This document shows positions 18,798-28,065 of a stretch of 49,512 bases of DNA, one piece after another. Origin of the DNA: a virus; the UHGV virus genome UHGV-1368206; one strand, given 5' to 3'. A program made the translations under genes and the position numbers. Below the pieces are notes generated by a model. It had not been told where the DNA came from. It ran no database searches and was given only the letters and a program-made list of their open reading frames with translations. Each line of letters opens with the position of its first letter. The first letter of the stretch is position 1.

Positions 18798-19025
18798 TTA
18801 TTTACCCTTTTTCGATTTAGCGGTGGTGTCCGGCTGCTCCTCAGCATCAGAGCCAGGAGAGGCGACTTCAAGTACGCGATCTTCATCAACGATGATTTCA
18901 ATCAAACCTGCACTCTTCCACCTGTGCGCAGTGCTTCGGTCAACCTCCACTTCTGAACCAACCTCCAACTTGCGGAGATTGGCACCAGAGAACAGGTTAT
19001 TGCCTGTTACTTTTACCAGTGCCAT
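18798..19025 (-). CDS. small hypothetical head-module protein
   Basis: 75 aa, directly downstream of the major capsid gene and tightly spaced. Confidence 0.4.
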   Translation of the reverse strand: MALVKVTGNNLFSGANLRKLEVGSEVEVDRSTAHRWKSAGLIEIIVDEDRVLEVASPGSDAEEQPDTTAKSKKGK

Positions 19026-19036
19026 TCACTTTCTCC

Positions 19037-20119
19037 TTAGCTGCTCGCAAAGAGCACGCCGTGTTTCAGGTTGATGTCCTGCTTAACCATCAGGCCCATT
19101 GCGCCCCAGGTACGCCAGATGAAGTCGCTGTTGTAGAACTGACGCGGGTCTGCAACTGTACCAACGGCCTGTCCGGTGACTGGAGCGATCACCCCTGCTG
19201 CGAGAGGAACAACCAAAATCTGGTTTCCAGTCAATTCAGCGTCTTCTTTCACAGCGGCGATGCCGGAAAGTCTCAGGATTTCATCCAGAACGGTGCGGGT
19301 CTTGTTCTGGGTATCGAAGTACTGCTCCCAGTTCGACATGATTTCGCTGGAAACATACCAGGTCTGCTGGCCATACTGATGGTTCTGCAGTTTCAGCACA
19401 TCGCGAAGAGCGATCGCCCCCTTTCGCATGGCGTCAGGATCTGTGCTGGTTGCAAAGTTGATGTTCAGACCTGCTGCTCCGAGATCGACCAGACCAACAC
19501 GCTCATCAGCCTTTAAACCTTTCCAGATCTTGCCATCGAAGGTTACGAAGTTGCCTTCTGAATCGCGGAAACCGTTAAACATGTAATCCACGATTTTACG
19601 ACGCACGTCATCAACAGAACCGCGCTGCGCGTCAGACAGGGAAGCAAGGGCAGAACCTTTATTGAAGATCGGGTCACGCCAGTGGAACTTGAAACCAGAA
19701 TCGTGCACCGGCACCATCGTGCCGTCGAAGCTGTACGCACGTGCGTCAAGTGCCGCACCAATCTGTCCCGACATTGATGTGTGCGCCCAGCCACGGCCGC
19801 CAGTACGAGCGTATTCATACACGGACTCTTCCAGACGGACCGAGCGAGACAGCGGCATCAAGTCATTAAACAAGGTGAACTCGGTATTTGGCTCGAATTG
19901 AGCAAGAACGGTCTGGTCGTACGCACGGTACATGCGGCGAATATCGTCTACCGCATTCACCGCATCCAGATGACCTTGCTCACCAAAGCGAGCGCGGGCG
20001 ATGAAGTCAGCCACGGCCTGGGCGCTCATGTTGCGCGCCATCTCCAGCTCACGGAACTGCGCCTGGTTGACTTCTAGGTTACCGGTGCGTTCACCGATAG
20101 AGCGTGAAAATACAAGCAT
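19037..20119 (-). CDS. major capsid protein
   Basis: 360 aa in the conserved order protease/scaffold, decoration, capsid. Protein-like composition. Confidence 0.7.
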   Translation of the reverse strand: MLVFSRSIGERTGNLEVNQAQFRELEMARNMSAQAVADFIARARFGEQGHLDAVNAVDDIRRMYRAYDQTVLAQFEPNTEFTLFNDLMPLSRSVRLEESVYEYARTGGRGWAHTSMSGQIGAALDARAYSFDGTMVPVHDSGFKFHWRDPIFNKGSALASLSDAQRGSVDDVRRKIVDYMFNGFRDSEGNFVTFDGKIWKGLKADERVGLVDLGAAGLNINFATSTDPDAMRKGAIALRDVLKLQNHQYGQQTWYVSSEIMSNWEQYFDTQNKTRTVLDEILRLSGIAAVKEDAELTGNQILVVPLAAGVIAPVTGQAVGTVADPRQFYNSDFIWRTWGAMGLMVKQDINLKHGVLFASS

Positions 20120-20130
20120 TCAGTTGCTCC

Positions 20131-20562
20131 TTACTTGATAACGACGCGCAGCAGATCGCCTGCAGCAACGGTGTACGCTGTGTCTTCTTCGACAAATGCG
20201 CGAATTGATTCATCGGCGCCGGCGGCTTTAACCTGGCCATTTGCGATGGAAAGCGGTTGTCCTTTTTTGTACGTGCCTGCAGCGGCACGTACGTTGAGGA
20301 ACATGCCCTGCATTGGATGAATGCCAACCACCAGCTCATTCACCGGTATGGAGTCATCAACCGTCTGGCAGCGCAGATAATCAAAGTCAGCGATATAGAG
20401 GATCGCCTCTTCGTTACCATCAACCGACGCCGTGAACTTCCCGACAGAGAAGAAGCCAACGGTACCTGGTTTAGTGGCGGCCGCCGCGGCACCTTCACGG
20501 TTAAGCAGCGGATTTGGGAATACGCCACCGGCGTGAATTACGTGTTTTCCGTCTTTAGCCAT
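20131..20562 (-). CDS. head decoration protein (DUF2190-like)
   Basis: 143 aa between the scaffold/protease and the capsid gene, with a Gly/Ala-rich beta-type composition. Confidence 0.5.
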   Translation of the reverse strand: MAKDGKHVIHAGGVFPNPLLNREGAAAAATKPGTVGFFSVGKFTASVDGNEEAILYIADFDYLRCQTVDDSIPVNELVVGIHPMQGMFLNVRAAAGTYKKGQPLSIANGQVKAAGADESIRAFVEEDTAYTVAAGDLLRVVIK

Positions 20563-20565
20563 TTT

Positions 20566-21951
20566 TTACTCCGGCATTTCGCTGACTGATTGGTTGTTAG
20601 TGGCCTGCAGGAAAGCACCATTCAGGCCGGTTGAGGTCTGGCATTTAGCAAACAACTCGTTGAGCGGCTCACCGTCGAGGGCGTTTACTGCAATGTCAGT
20701 CATGCCAAATTTGGCTTTCACCGCGGCACGCATGCTGGCCTTCTCGCTCTCCGAGTTAGCGTTGATCTGGGAATTAAGCGCCATTACCTGTTCGGTAAGC
20801 GTTTTAGCCCAGGCTGGCATCTCTTCATTGTTGGCTGCCTGCTCTTTCTTCTTGGGCTTGCCGGTTTCCGGGTCGATTTCTTCATCGCCTTTTTTCTTGG
20901 CGGTGGCTTCTTCGGCCTTCATCTGGTTGTATGCGTCCATCAGCTCGGCGTCGGACTTGCCTTCAGTCGGCTTACCAGCGGCTTGCAGCGCATTGATAAT
21001 CAGTTCTTTCATCGGATCGTTCTCTCCGTTGGTTTTAATCTCGTACTCAATGGGTTTGCGCACGACTTCTACAGGTTCGCCGACGAACACGGCTTTGCCG
21101 TCATCATCGATGAGGTACTTCTGCTTCAGGTATCTGGTGTCATCGCGATAGATGAAGTTGTCCGGCCACACCGTTTCAGGCCAAAGCCACTTATCTTCGG
21201 CGTCACCCTCGCGCAGCTTGTCGCTGATAGCCCGGGAGATGTCGTCGAATGAGAAGTTAGAGGCGTTGGTGAAGAAGAATTTGGTCTTGTTGAGCAGGCC
21301 GTCGCGGGTGCAGTCAATGCCATCAGCAAGGCGGGCAACTTCGATCTGCTGCTCATTGCCTTCAGAGTTAACGAAGATACCCACGCCCTCCTCCGGCGTG
21401 CCGGCACCAGGCTCATCAAGTAGCACCGCCACATGGTCAAACATCATGTTGGTGGCGATCTCGTTGTACTTCTTGCCCTTTGATTCGCCGTTGGCAGCAA
21501 TGCCGGAATACAGCAGGCCGGTGGATATGTGGATCGGGTCTGAGTTGGTACCAGCCAGCATCTCATCCAGACGGTTAATAAGGCGCTTGCCCTTGTCGCT
21601 GGATTCGGCGTACTGGCGGTTAACGTACATATCGCCAGTCACCTTTCCGTCTTTGTGGCTGACATCCTGCAGCCAGGCGCCTACGTGGTATTCGTTCACT
21701 GCCCGGACATCGCGAGCAGACACATGCTTGCCGTCCACTTTCGGGTGGCCCAGCGGCATCGGGTTACGCTCAAGTGTGTTGTAGGCCTTTTCGATTTCTG
21801 CTGCCGGGTACAACTTCCGGTTCATCACAATATCGTCCACGACAGGCGTGATGCCGCGAACCACGATATGTGGCTTGCCGTCTATGGTTTCAGTGGTGAT
21901 GTTTGAAGCGGAGTTGACGACGGTCAGCACGTTAACGCGGTTGCGTTTCAT
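20566..21951 (-). CDS. prohead protease / scaffolding fusion protein (lambda C/Nu3-like)
   Basis: 461 aa with a Lys/Glu-rich helical C-terminal half of scaffold type. Sits between the portal/MuF genes and the capsid gene. Confidence 0.55.
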   Translation of the reverse strand: MKRNRVNVLTVVNSASNITTETIDGKPHIVVRGITPVVDDIVMNRKLYPAAEIEKAYNTLERNPMPLGHPKVDGKHVSARDVRAVNEYHVGAWLQDVSHKDGKVTGDMYVNRQYAESSDKGKRLINRLDEMLAGTNSDPIHISTGLLYSGIAANGESKGKKYNEIATNMMFDHVAVLLDEPGAGTPEEGVGIFVNSEGNEQQIEVARLADGIDCTRDGLLNKTKFFFTNASNFSFDDISRAISDKLREGDAEDKWLWPETVWPDNFIYRDDTRYLKQKYLIDDDGKAVFVGEPVEVVRKPIEYEIKTNGENDPMKELIINALQAAGKPTEGKSDAELMDAYNQMKAEEATAKKKGDEEIDPETGKPKKKEQAANNEEMPAWAKTLTEQVMALNSQINANSESEKASMRAAVKAKFGMTDIAVNALDGEPLNELFAKCQTSTGLNGAFLQATNNQSVSEMPE

Positions 21952-21983
21952 GCTGGGTCCTCGTTAGTGGATTTCAGGCAATA

Positions 21984-22007
21984 AAAAAGGCCGCCGGAGC
22001 GACCTTA
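21984..22007 (-). terminator. intrinsic terminator (aaggtcgctccggcggcctttttt on the minus strand)
   Basis: A 6-bp GC stem (one G·U pair) plus U6, immediately downstream of the AT-rich moron. Confidence 0.55.
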
Positions 22008-22024
22008 TTCAATAGGGTGATTAA

Positions 22025-22537
22025 TTATCTGAATTTAAGTTCTTTTTCAGCATCCATGACAATGGCATCAATGATTTTTTGAGCCTCACCAGACATGTCA
22101 CTATATGCCCTAAATTCTGGGTATCCATCGACAACAACATTGTGTTCTATGTCAGCGTCCTTATCTATAAATCGGCTCAAGAGCTCTTTAGTGCTTTGAC
22201 TTAGCGAGATAGGAGCCAGTACATAGTGGCGTTGAACTTGCCTTAATAATTGGTGATATCTTTTCCAATCTACAGTTCGACCTTTCCGCGGCTTATCATT
22301 TTTCCCTGCATTATATTCTTCCTCAGCATAGTAATGAGCCTGTCCGTATAATGACTTAAGCTCAATTAAGTCATCAACCAGTTGATTGTATGCTGCATGT
22401 TTTTTCTCCCACCACTTTTCATGGTAAAACCGGTTTAACGCAAATCGCGCTGTAAACCACGCGGCAGCGACACCTGTTACGATTGGCACAATCAGCGTCA
22501 GAAAAAACGAACCAGCTTCCTGAGGTGTAATGTTCAT
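22025..22537 (-). CDS. membrane-anchored protein of unknown function (moron in the head module)
   Basis: 170 aa with one N-terminal TM helix (FFLTLIVPIVTGVAAAWFTARFAL), AT-rich coding sequence, and its own terminator. Confidence 0.5.
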   Translation of the reverse strand: MNITPQEAGSFFLTLIVPIVTGVAAAWFTARFALNRFYHEKWWEKKHAAYNQLVDDLIELKSLYGQAHYYAEEEYNAGKNDKPRKGRTVDWKRYHQLLRQVQRHYVLAPISLSQSTKELLSRFIDKDADIEHNVVVDGYPEFRAYSDMSGEAQKIIDAIVMDAEKELKFR

Positions 22538-22576
22538 TTAATTAATGCCTTATAGGTTATTCAACACTATTAAGCA

Positions 22577-23581
22577 TTAATTGGTATCGGTTTTCCACTG
22601 CTTGCGCTCTTTCGCCAGCTTCTCAGCCAGCCCTTCATTGAAAATACTGCCGTCGTCGTTGAGTAGCACCGGGATCTGGCTGCAGTAGCAGTTGTACCGG
22701 TTGCCATTCTCGGCGTAGAAGTCCCGCACCTCTTCTGTGGTATAAACCTTGCCGTGGCGGCTGGCGTGCCAGGTGCGAGTCGTTGGCTTGAGCGCTGACA
22801 GCCACAGCAGGCCGGTATTCAACCCCAGCCTGTCAGCAGCCCAGTCCGTCTCGTTCCATTGCGCCTGCCGCAGCGCACCGACCTGCTCAGTCTGAGCGAT
22901 GGTCTTTGCCTTCGACATCGACACATCGAGGCGCTTGCTGATAACGCTGGCCGTTTCGCGAGGATTCACTCCGCGCGCCACCGCATCGGTAATGATGTTG
23001 GCTAGGTCGCCGCGGGCGGTATCGCTGATGACCTTCCAGTCACTGAACGTTGTCAGTCTTGCCGCCGCTATCTGGTTCAGATAACCGGGGCTGTTTAAAA
23101 GCTGCTGTAGCGTCGTCTGGCTGGCGTAGACCTGCGACTGCTGCGAGAGGTTATTGAAAGCCTCCAGCGTGCCGCGCTGCGCCTCTGCGACGACGTAATC
23201 CATCGCCCATAGGTTTTGCTCGCCACCATCCAGCAGGTAATCGTCGAGAATGACCTGCACCGCTTCCAGTAGGTCCGCCAGTTCCTGCGCCGACATGTCG
23301 TAGATAAACTTGCCGGCATTGACCTGGTAGAGCCGCATGTCCTCGCCGTGGTTATGGCAAAGGAAGTGCCAATCATGGCTGTTTACCTCACGCTCTCGCC
23401 CGGTCAGTCGCTGGTCGAACAATGCTTTCAGCGCTCGCTTGATGCCGAGATACCGGTCCTCGATATCCCGGAACATCGCGCTGACCTGCTTCGCCGATCG
23501 CGTGGGGTCAGCCTTGCTACGCGGCACTACTGGCGTACCGACTTTCGCCTTTTGCTCCGGATTCATCGGAAAGAGGATCAT
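22577..23581 (-). CDS. minor head morphogenesis protein (Mu gpF / SPP1 gp7 family)
   Basis: 334 aa with the conserved Phage_Mu_F core (…SRHGKVYTTEEVRDFYAENGNRYNCYCS…). Directly downstream of the portal gene. Confidence 0.75.
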   Translation of the reverse strand: MILFPMNPEQKAKVGTPVVPRSKADPTRSAKQVSAMFRDIEDRYLGIKRALKALFDQRLTGREREVNSHDWHFLCHNHGEDMRLYQVNAGKFIYDMSAQELADLLEAVQVILDDYLLDGGEQNLWAMDYVVAEAQRGTLEAFNNLSQQSQVYASQTTLQQLLNSPGYLNQIAAARLTTFSDWKVISDTARGDLANIITDAVARGVNPRETASVISKRLDVSMSKAKTIAQTEQVGALRQAQWNETDWAADRLGLNTGLLWLSALKPTTRTWHASRHGKVYTTEEVRDFYAENGNRYNCYCSQIPVLLNDDGSIFNEGLAEKLAKERKQWKTDTN

Positions 23582-25013
23582 CGGTAGTTACCTTTTTGTT
23601 TGGGTCAGGAGTTTGCACTTCTTCACGCGGCTCTAACTCTCCCGCTTCCCTGACCTCATTCTCATCGACAGCTGGTGTTCCGTAGGCTTGCTGTGTATCC
23701 CTGGCGACCGCCGCCATTTCCTTCATGTTGGCAATCTTTTCTTTCTCACTTGGTGCTAGTAAGTCAGACCAGGTTAAAGTTATTTCGCCAGACTTCGGAG
23801 GCTCAATGACTTCTACTGTCCACAGCCGCTCAATTACCGCGGTCGCGCGATCAGTCTGGAAACCCGCACGACGACCGTTGCAGCGCTTAGCAAAGTCGTT
23901 TTTGTCCTGATCTGACGCAAGCCTCCCTGTCTGCTGACCAAAGAGAATGGTGAATGGCATCTGGACTGAAGAGGAAAACTGATTTGCTGACACTGTCCAT
24001 GTAGGACTTGGATCCGCTGCCGCCACCGACAACACTTTGGCTTCACCATCTTGAGTCACCAGCGCTGAATCTGTACCAGAGTTCAGCTTCTGTATGGCGG
24101 CATTTAGTGCTTCCGCCAGGCCTGAGTAACCGGCTTTCTTTGCTTCATCAATGATGGTCTTGAGGTTTGTTTCCTTCGACATGTTGATGCCGAGCTGTCT
24201 GCTGGCGTTCTTCAGGAAGCCTTCCGCACTACCGCCGGAAGTTTTCGCCATATCAAGCAGGTCGTTGTAACCAGCTCGCAGAAACGGAATGCCGGCCAAC
24301 GATGACTCGTCTTCTGAGCCTTCGCAAAAGATGATGATTCTTTCGGGGTGGATCTTAATCGACCGCATCGGACCGGAAATGTTGCCATTGTCTCCGACTT
24401 GTTGCTCCTGGAAGTAATAGAACTTCGGCATGCCGTAGTCTGAGGATTTCTGGTCCTGTTCAAGTTCCCCGGGCTTGACCTGTGCCTCCCATGCAGGAAT
24501 CATTTTTACCAGGCCACGCTCGCGAGAATTCCGCATCACGCTACGATCGACTGGCTCCCACCACTCCTTACTGTCTGCAAACTGAAGAATAAGGGCGGAG
24601 TAATGACCTACCAGATTTCGCCGGTCTGCATCCTTCACCTTAGCCCAGTGTTTCTTCATGAGTTTGGTGACTTTTTTCTCCCAAGGCGTCGATTTTTTCG
24701 ATTTTTTGGTCTCATCACCGTCTACGATCACCGGCGTGTCAGTCCAGCATGCATCGAGCAGTTTATGCACCGCGCCAAAGGCAGCGCCATTACGCTCATA
24801 CATGTTGTAGAAGTGGTCAAAATCGAGACGCTCCGGGTAACCAAATTCGCACCATAGATGATGTCGTTTCGTGTTCCCTGACTTCCCTAGCCCTGAAGCA
24901 TATAACTGGCGCGCACGACCCACCTCGTTAAGGCTATTCACTATGAGCCCAGCGAGGGTTTGCATTTCGGTATCGTTACTCACTGAGATTTCCTTAGGTG
25001 AAGAAAATTGCAC
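23517..25013 (-). CDS. portal protein
   Basis: 498 aa, immediately downstream of the large terminase gene, with an acidic C-terminus. Confidence 0.75.
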   Translation of the reverse strand: MQFSSPKEISVSNDTEMQTLAGLIVNSLNEVGRARQLYASGLGKSGNTKRHHLWCEFGYPERLDFDHFYNMYERNGAAFGAVHKLLDACWTDTPVIVDGDETKKSKKSTPWEKKVTKLMKKHWAKVKDADRRNLVGHYSALILQFADSKEWWEPVDRSVMRNSRERGLVKMIPAWEAQVKPGELEQDQKSSDYGMPKFYYFQEQQVGDNGNISGPMRSIKIHPERIIIFCEGSEDESSLAGIPFLRAGYNDLLDMAKTSGGSAEGFLKNASRQLGINMSKETNLKTIIDEAKKAGYSGLAEALNAAIQKLNSGTDSALVTQDGEAKVLSVAAADPSPTWTVSANQFSSSVQMPFTILFGQQTGRLASDQDKNDFAKRCNGRRAGFQTDRATAVIERLWTVEVIEPPKSGEITLTWSDLLAPSEKEKIANMKEMAAVARDTQQAYGTPAVDENEVREAGELEPREEVQTPDPNKKVTTDDPLSDESGAKGESRYASSAA

Positions 25014-26469
25014 CGACTTGTTTGTGGTTGTTTTTCGCTACTGCGAAGTAGCGGAACCCGTCGGCTCCGTGTGATGTGAAGTCGTGAAGGGGTTTATCTT
25101 TCCAGCATCCTCGCTTGTCATCCCACTCCTTTCGATACCCCTCAAGGTGAGATATGCCCTCAGCGCATTTCTCTTCATCGAAAACACAGGATGGGAGGAT
25201 TTCACGCACCGACTCAATGCCGGTATCTACACCGACTTTTGGCACCATCTGGAATGTCATGCTGTAAACCTGACCGTCGATCTCATACCCTTCCTGGGCG
25301 AGTTCCCTCCGAGATTTTGCGTCTGCACCAAATTCACGATTATCGATGTCGTGCGGCCCCCAGTGCTCGCCGTACTCATAGCCGCGGTCTTTCAGCACCT
25401 TCATGTAGTGCCGAAGCCCCTCGCCAGAGTTTTCGTAGTAGTCGATGATGTGAAACTCCTCACCAACCTCGCGAACAAACCAGATCGCCGTGGAGTCGCC
25501 CACACCAATATCCCAGAACGTGTGTACCGGGAGGTGCGAGTTATCAGGGATTTGGCCGATCCGTTTATTGGTATAGAGCCAGCGGAATTGTTTGGCGTAG
25601 TAAGCACCCTCGACCGACTGTTGGAACGCCTCCGCCGGTATGGTCGGGTATTCGCGCTTCATGTCGTCGCCGAGTGTTTTCTCTTTGGCGTAATACCAGG
25701 CCTTTTGGCGCTCGTTGACGACTACTCCGTGCTTTGCCTCCATCTCGGCGAAGTATTCAACTAAGCGCTGAGGTAGCGGCTCTACCGGGTCAATTGCGTA
25801 CTGCGGATTTTTCCACCACGAGAAGAAGAAAAACTTCCAGTCGAGCGCTGATAGTGGCTTGCCCTGCAGCATGGCTTTCTCTGCCGTCTGGCAGTAATCA
25901 AAGAAGTAACCCGCCCGGCCTTCCGCCGTGCTCTCGATAGTAGCAAAGCAACCTGTCGATACCGCCTCAAACGCACCAGTGACGATTTCACGGGCTTTGT
26001 CAGGATACTTGGCGCATATCTTCCCGAACTCGGAAACATGCAGATAGCGCAGCGTACCGCCACGAAACGACGTGCTGACGTATAGCGAGCCGCCCTTCTT
26101 AAAGACGAGCTCACCGGAAGAGTCGTTGCTGGCCGGGTTGGCTGCCTTTATCTCAGCCGGCAGTTTGTCGTATGCATACTTCACCTTTTCCCGAAACAGG
26201 CGCTTTGCGTCAGTCAGCGTATGGGCAATCAGCGCGCACTTCGCCGACTCGAACAGGGCCGCGTCCAACTGGATGATGCATACCTCAGTTGTGAAACCGA
26301 GTTGACGAGCTTTCAGGATGATATTGCGGGTATGGATCCCCTCGAAGTATTCGCGCTGCTCAGGCGTCATCCTGAACCGCGTCGGCTTACCCTCTTTGTC
26401 GGTGATCCAGTAAAGATTGTTCAGCCGCCAGTCTTTGTTGGACAGCAGCTTGAGGTGCTCAGGTTTCAT
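24994..26469 (-). CDS. terminase large subunit
   Basis: 491 aa with a Walker-A-like LGFTTE motif and a C-terminal nuclease region (…WDIGVGDSTAIWF…DFTSHGADGFRY…). Confidence 0.85.
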   Translation of the reverse strand: MKPEHLKLLSNKDWRLNNLYWITDKEGKPTRFRMTPEQREYFEGIHTRNIILKARQLGFTTEVCIIQLDAALFESAKCALIAHTLTDAKRLFREKVKYAYDKLPAEIKAANPASNDSSGELVFKKGGSLYVSTSFRGGTLRYLHVSEFGKICAKYPDKAREIVTGAFEAVSTGCFATIESTAEGRAGYFFDYCQTAEKAMLQGKPLSALDWKFFFFSWWKNPQYAIDPVEPLPQRLVEYFAEMEAKHGVVVNERQKAWYYAKEKTLGDDMKREYPTIPAEAFQQSVEGAYYAKQFRWLYTNKRIGQIPDNSHLPVHTFWDIGVGDSTAIWFVREVGEEFHIIDYYENSGEGLRHYMKVLKDRGYEYGEHWGPHDIDNREFGADAKSRRELAQEGYEIDGQVYSMTFQMVPKVGVDTGIESVREILPSCVFDEEKCAEGISHLEGYRKEWDDKRGCWKDKPLHDFTSHGADGFRYFAVAKNNHKQVGAIFFT

Positions 26470-27071
26470 TACGCCCCCTGAGACAATGAATCCATCAGGT
26501 CAGAGAGTTGCTTAACAGAGTTGTCGCCTTCCGGGCCGTCGATATCGTAGGCCTGGCGTTCGAGGCCGACGAGGTTCTTCAATGCTTCACTGAGAGCCTT
26601 CACCGACTTAACACGCTCCGGCATGCTGATTACCTTGTGGTAAATCTCATTGAGTTTGTCCTGGCCCTTGTCGTCAGGGTTGAGCATCAACTCTCCGAGT
26701 TTCTCCAGCGCTGCTACATCCGCGCACTCGGCGCCCAACTCATCAAACAGGGCATTGGTTATCTGCCTGGCGCGTTTTATGTCACCGCGATGCTCCATGC
26801 GTACCGTAGCAATGACCTCAGCTGTAGCCTCTATAAGTACGCGCTCTGACAAAGTCGTTTCAGTGCGTACCTGTTTGCGTACCTCTGCTTTGCGTACCAG
26901 ATCGTCAGCGCGTTCTTTCACCTTCGCATTCAGGTCGCGAGACCAGTCATCACGCTTGGCGCGCTTACGGATAGCCCCTTCGCTAATGCCATGTTGAGAT
27001 GCAATCTCTCGGAGAGACATCACCCCGGCCCGGTACGCCGTCTCGATGGCCTCCCAGTCCGGTTTGCTCAT
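26469..27071 (-). CDS. terminase small subunit
   Basis: 200 aa with an N-terminal HTH (MSLREIASQHGISEGAIRKRAKRDDW). Coupled to the large-subunit gene. Confidence 0.7.
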   Translation of the reverse strand: MSKPDWEAIETAYRAGVMSLREIASQHGISEGAIRKRAKRDDWSRDLNAKVKERADDLVRKAEVRKQVRTETTLSERVLIEATAEVIATVRMEHRGDIKRARQITNALFDELGAECADVAALEKLGELMLNPDDKGQDKLNEIYHKVISMPERVKSVKALSEALKNLVGLERQAYDIDGPEGDNSVKQLSDLMDSLSQGA

Positions 27072-27286
27072 TCGTTACTCCGTTTTCTTTTGTGCTGGCT
27101 GCACCTTCACGCTCTGGCTGATGCCATACTTCACGATGAATGCTGACACCTTTACGTAATCAGGCTCTCGCTGAATCATCTGGCAGAATAACGTCAGTGT
27201 TTTGAGATAGAGCGGCAGCCACCAGCGGCTTTTTACTTCTAATGAAAGCGTGCATATCGGCATAGGTTCCCCCTATTCGATAACCA

Positions 27287-27310
27287 TTAAAAAAGCCACC
27301 AGCAGTGGCC
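27287..27310 (-). terminator. intrinsic terminator (ggccactgctggtggctttttt on the minus strand)
   Basis: Hairpin gccac/gtggc plus U6, after ORF 27321..27557. Confidence 0.5.
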
Positions 27311-27320
27311 TTTGTGATGA

Positions 27321-27557
27321 TTACTCAGTCGCGGTATCAAACAGCGCCAGCGCTTCGGTCGCTTCCTGAATCGCCTTACGGGTTTTCGATACAATCTCAC
27401 TTTCCGTGTAAACACGATCGAAAGAGTCTGCGAACAGCTCAGCTTTGAGATTGCTATCGCCAACCCAGTCAATGGCCAGCTTCGCCGCGGCGGTGTCGTA
27501 ATTAACTTTCTTGATGATAGTCAGGCGGATTTGTTCTGCAGGTGTAATTTCTGACAT
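27321..27557 (-). CDS. small hypothetical phage protein
   Basis: 78 aa with protein-like composition, followed by a terminator. Confidence 0.4.
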   Translation of the reverse strand: MSEITPAEQIRLTIIKKVNYDTAAAKLAIDWVGDSNLKAELFADSFDRVYTESEIVSKTRKAIQEATEALALFDTATE

Positions 27558-27620
27558 GTTTTACCTCTATGCGATGGGGGAGCATTATCGAAGCCACTCG
27601 CTGAAGAGCTTCTGTAATGC

Positions 27621-27821
27621 TTACTGCCGTGGGGTGTGATGGTAACGGGAAATGGTCTTGCCGTTTGCGTTCATCACATGGGCTACCTCTCCCGGCTTCA
27701 GGAACACGTTCTGATCCATTCCCGATACCGCGATGCTCTGCTGGTCAGGGTTGAAGCCAACGCTCAGTCCACAATGGATTTCTTCGCCACCACCTGGCGA
27801 CATCACTTTTACTGTTAACAT
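27621..27821 (-). CDS. small hypothetical phage protein
   Basis: 66-aa ORF. Confidence 0.3.
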   Translation of the reverse strand: MLTVKVMSPGGGEEIHCGLSVGFNPDQQSIAVSGMDQNVFLKPGEVAHVMNANGKTISRYHHTPRQ

Positions 27822-27888
27822 GCTTTTCCTTCTGCTTCTGTTAATTAAAAGCTCCTGCTATTGCGAATTCTCACAAGGTAATGATTAA

Positions 27889-28047
27889 TCACTCAGCGCC
27901 ATTATTCTGCTTTGTAAAACCAAACATTAATGCCACCAAGAGAAATGAATAGTGCGTATACCCTGGATAATGGAATTGCAATACCGAACCAATGCAAAGC
28001 ATGGAAAATGATAATGCGAATTTTCTTCCAGACCACGCCAGTCTCAT
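27889..28047 (-). CDS. 52-aa hydrophobic peptide (putative small membrane protein), partner of the 290-aa moron
   Basis: ORF found by hand, below the track cutoff: MRLAWSGRKFALSFSMLCIGSVLQFHYPGYTHYSFLLVALMFGFTKQNNGAE. The RBS AGAGGT lies 8 nt upstream, and the gene begins 19 nt after the stop of 28066..28938. AT-rich. Confidence 0.35.
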   Translation of the reverse strand: MRLAWSGRKFALSFSMLCIGSVLQFHYPGYTHYSFLLVALMFGFTKQNNGAE

Positions 28048-28065
28048 TGTATTACCTCTGATCAA

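Noticed and set aside
20594-21784. Plus-strand ORFs of 185 and 210 aa, Ser/Leu-rich
   Set aside because: They are antisense to the protease/scaffold gene.
25084-25764. 226-aa plus-strand ORF
   Set aside because: It lies antisense inside the large terminase gene.
27075-27263. 62-aa minus-strand ORF directly upstream of the small terminase gene
   Set aside because: It has no recognisable features and an odd composition (W/L/K-rich). It may be real but is unsupported, so it is left uncalled.
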